From: Eledone cirrhosa | Lineage: Eukaryota | DNA length: 64,000 bases | Assembly (NCBI GenBank): GCA_964016885.1 | Contig: OZ024743.1 | Span: 171,430,001-171,494,000 of the forward strand | Direction: 5' to 3' | Shown here: piece by piece, positions 62,441 to 64,000 of the stretch | How the letters are laid out: every line of letters begins with the position of its first letter | Numbering within the stretch: the first letter of the stretch is position 1 | Position numbers and translations under genes: made by a program | Notes under the pieces: model-generated | Told to the model about the DNA's origin: nothing | Database searches by the model: none | The model's input: only the letters and a program-made list of their open reading frames with translations

Positions 62441-64000
62441 TACGATCTATACGAGGATATTTTACGTCTTGATGTGGTAGCTAAGTATATGTTATATTTA
62501 TACCATTACTTATTTGCATAGGTAAGTATATATTACCTGTATGTTTTGTGAAGGTACGTATACTTTCTCACACGTATATCTGATTGTATATGTTATGGCG
62601 TATATTTTATATATTCTGGTACATATGCTTTTGGTTATGTGTATACGTGAGTTTTGCGTCTGTGTGAGTATGCGGGTTCGTACGTATGTAGGGTCTGTGT
62701 ATATGTGTACTTCATATTTTGGTTGACGTACGTCTCCGGACATTTGTGTATTTACATGTAGGTATGTGTGTGCGCTTGTTACATACGTATTTATTTATTT
62801 ATATACGTTTATTTAATTATTTGTATACAGGCACACACACACACATATTTATATGTGCGTGTATTTGTATACCTATGTATGCTTGTGTATGTACTTATAA
62901 GGATGCATGTATGTATTTATTTTATTTCAATTACCTCTGTATTTTATTTACTTTATTCTTAACTGTGAAGCCGAGAATCATTCGGTTTCCTAGTTAGAAT
63001 TTTAGTCTACGACTTCAGTTATACCATTTTCGTGGTTTTGTCTTTGCGTGCAATTGTTCTCCACGATCCACATATGACGTATTATCTTCGTTTTTTTTCG
63101 TTCATTGCCAGAGAACGTCTCTATGAATAACCTAAGAGAATATTAGTCTACGACTTCTTTTATACCATAAACGTGGTTTTGTCTTTGCGTGTAATTGTTT
63201 TTCACCGCTCCAAATAATGACGTATTATATTCGTTTTTTCCCCTTCTTTGCCAGGGAACGTTTCCACGAACCAAAGTATCGTCTTCCTGTCTTCCTCCGG
63301 TTGCAACGTTTTTTGAAATATTCACTTCTACGTTCACAGATTGACTTTGTTAGTTTCAGAAGATCCCGTTAAGGGTGAAAGCAGCGATTCTTTGCTTAAA
63401 CTTTAATCTGTCATTTTAATATATATATATATATATATATGTATATATGTGTGTACGTGTGTATATACGTGTGTATATGTGTACGTATGAATGTGCGTGT
63501 GTATGCATGAGAGCGTGTGTGTGTGAGTGTATACATATATATATGCATATGTATGTACCCATATATATGTATGTGTGTATGTATATATTTGTATATATAT
63601 GTATGTGTGTATGTACCATTATGTATGTTTGTTGTGTGTGTGCCTGTCTGTGTGTGCGTGCGTGTATGTGTGTGTACGTGTGTAAGTGGGCGGGTGTGTG
63701 AATGTGCTTGTCGACACCTGGAATATATATTAAGAGAAACTTCACAATAAGGGGAATCACCCCAACACTTGAATCTGTTGATGGAACCCTTTGTGCCTTT
63801 GTTAATATTATAGCTTTAAAGAATTAGCTTTTAATGAACTCCCTTTTCTTTAAATCCTTCAACCAATGACCTCCACCCATCCCAATCTCCACTCTCTCCT
63901 ACCACCAGAAAAGAAAAGATATAAATACTACCACTTACTTGGACAGCCAAGAGAGTACTAACGAACATGATTTAGAATATAGCACAATGGAAAGCATCCA

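Overview
Eukaryotic, AT-rich, microsatellite-saturated DNA with no recognisable host gene. The SINE types and (TA)n density suggest an animal, probably an octopus/coleoid cephalopod (inference). Almost all of it is retroelement-derived. (1) Penelope-like elements (PLEs) of at least three lineages: a near-complete Neptune-type copy with an inverted 5' duplicate (1-5345), a decayed Neptune (30125-32700), a partial-tandem deep-branching PLE (40721-46068) and Nematis-type fragments. (2) A ~23 kb pile-up in a (TTA)n microsatellite (6960-30110): four head-to-tail Tx1/L1-clade LINEs (one intact), three R4/Dong-type LINE pieces in the opposite orientation, and tRNA-derived SINEs. (3) Many short fold-back elements in (TA)n tracts, several carrying minimal type I hammerhead ribozymes (HHRs). 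(4) RTE-derived, CRE-like, CORE-SINE and Tc2-like remnants. The most interesting candidate signals, all read by eye and untested: an HIV-type U_UUU_UUA -1 frameshift site linking the two Neptune ORFs; a conserved ~50-nt putative micro-intron that would fuse Tx1 ORF1 to ORF2 in frame and can be masked by a complementary 3' UTR segment; ORF1 module swapping within the Tx1 array; and ~300-bp palindromic double-hammerhead mini-elements.
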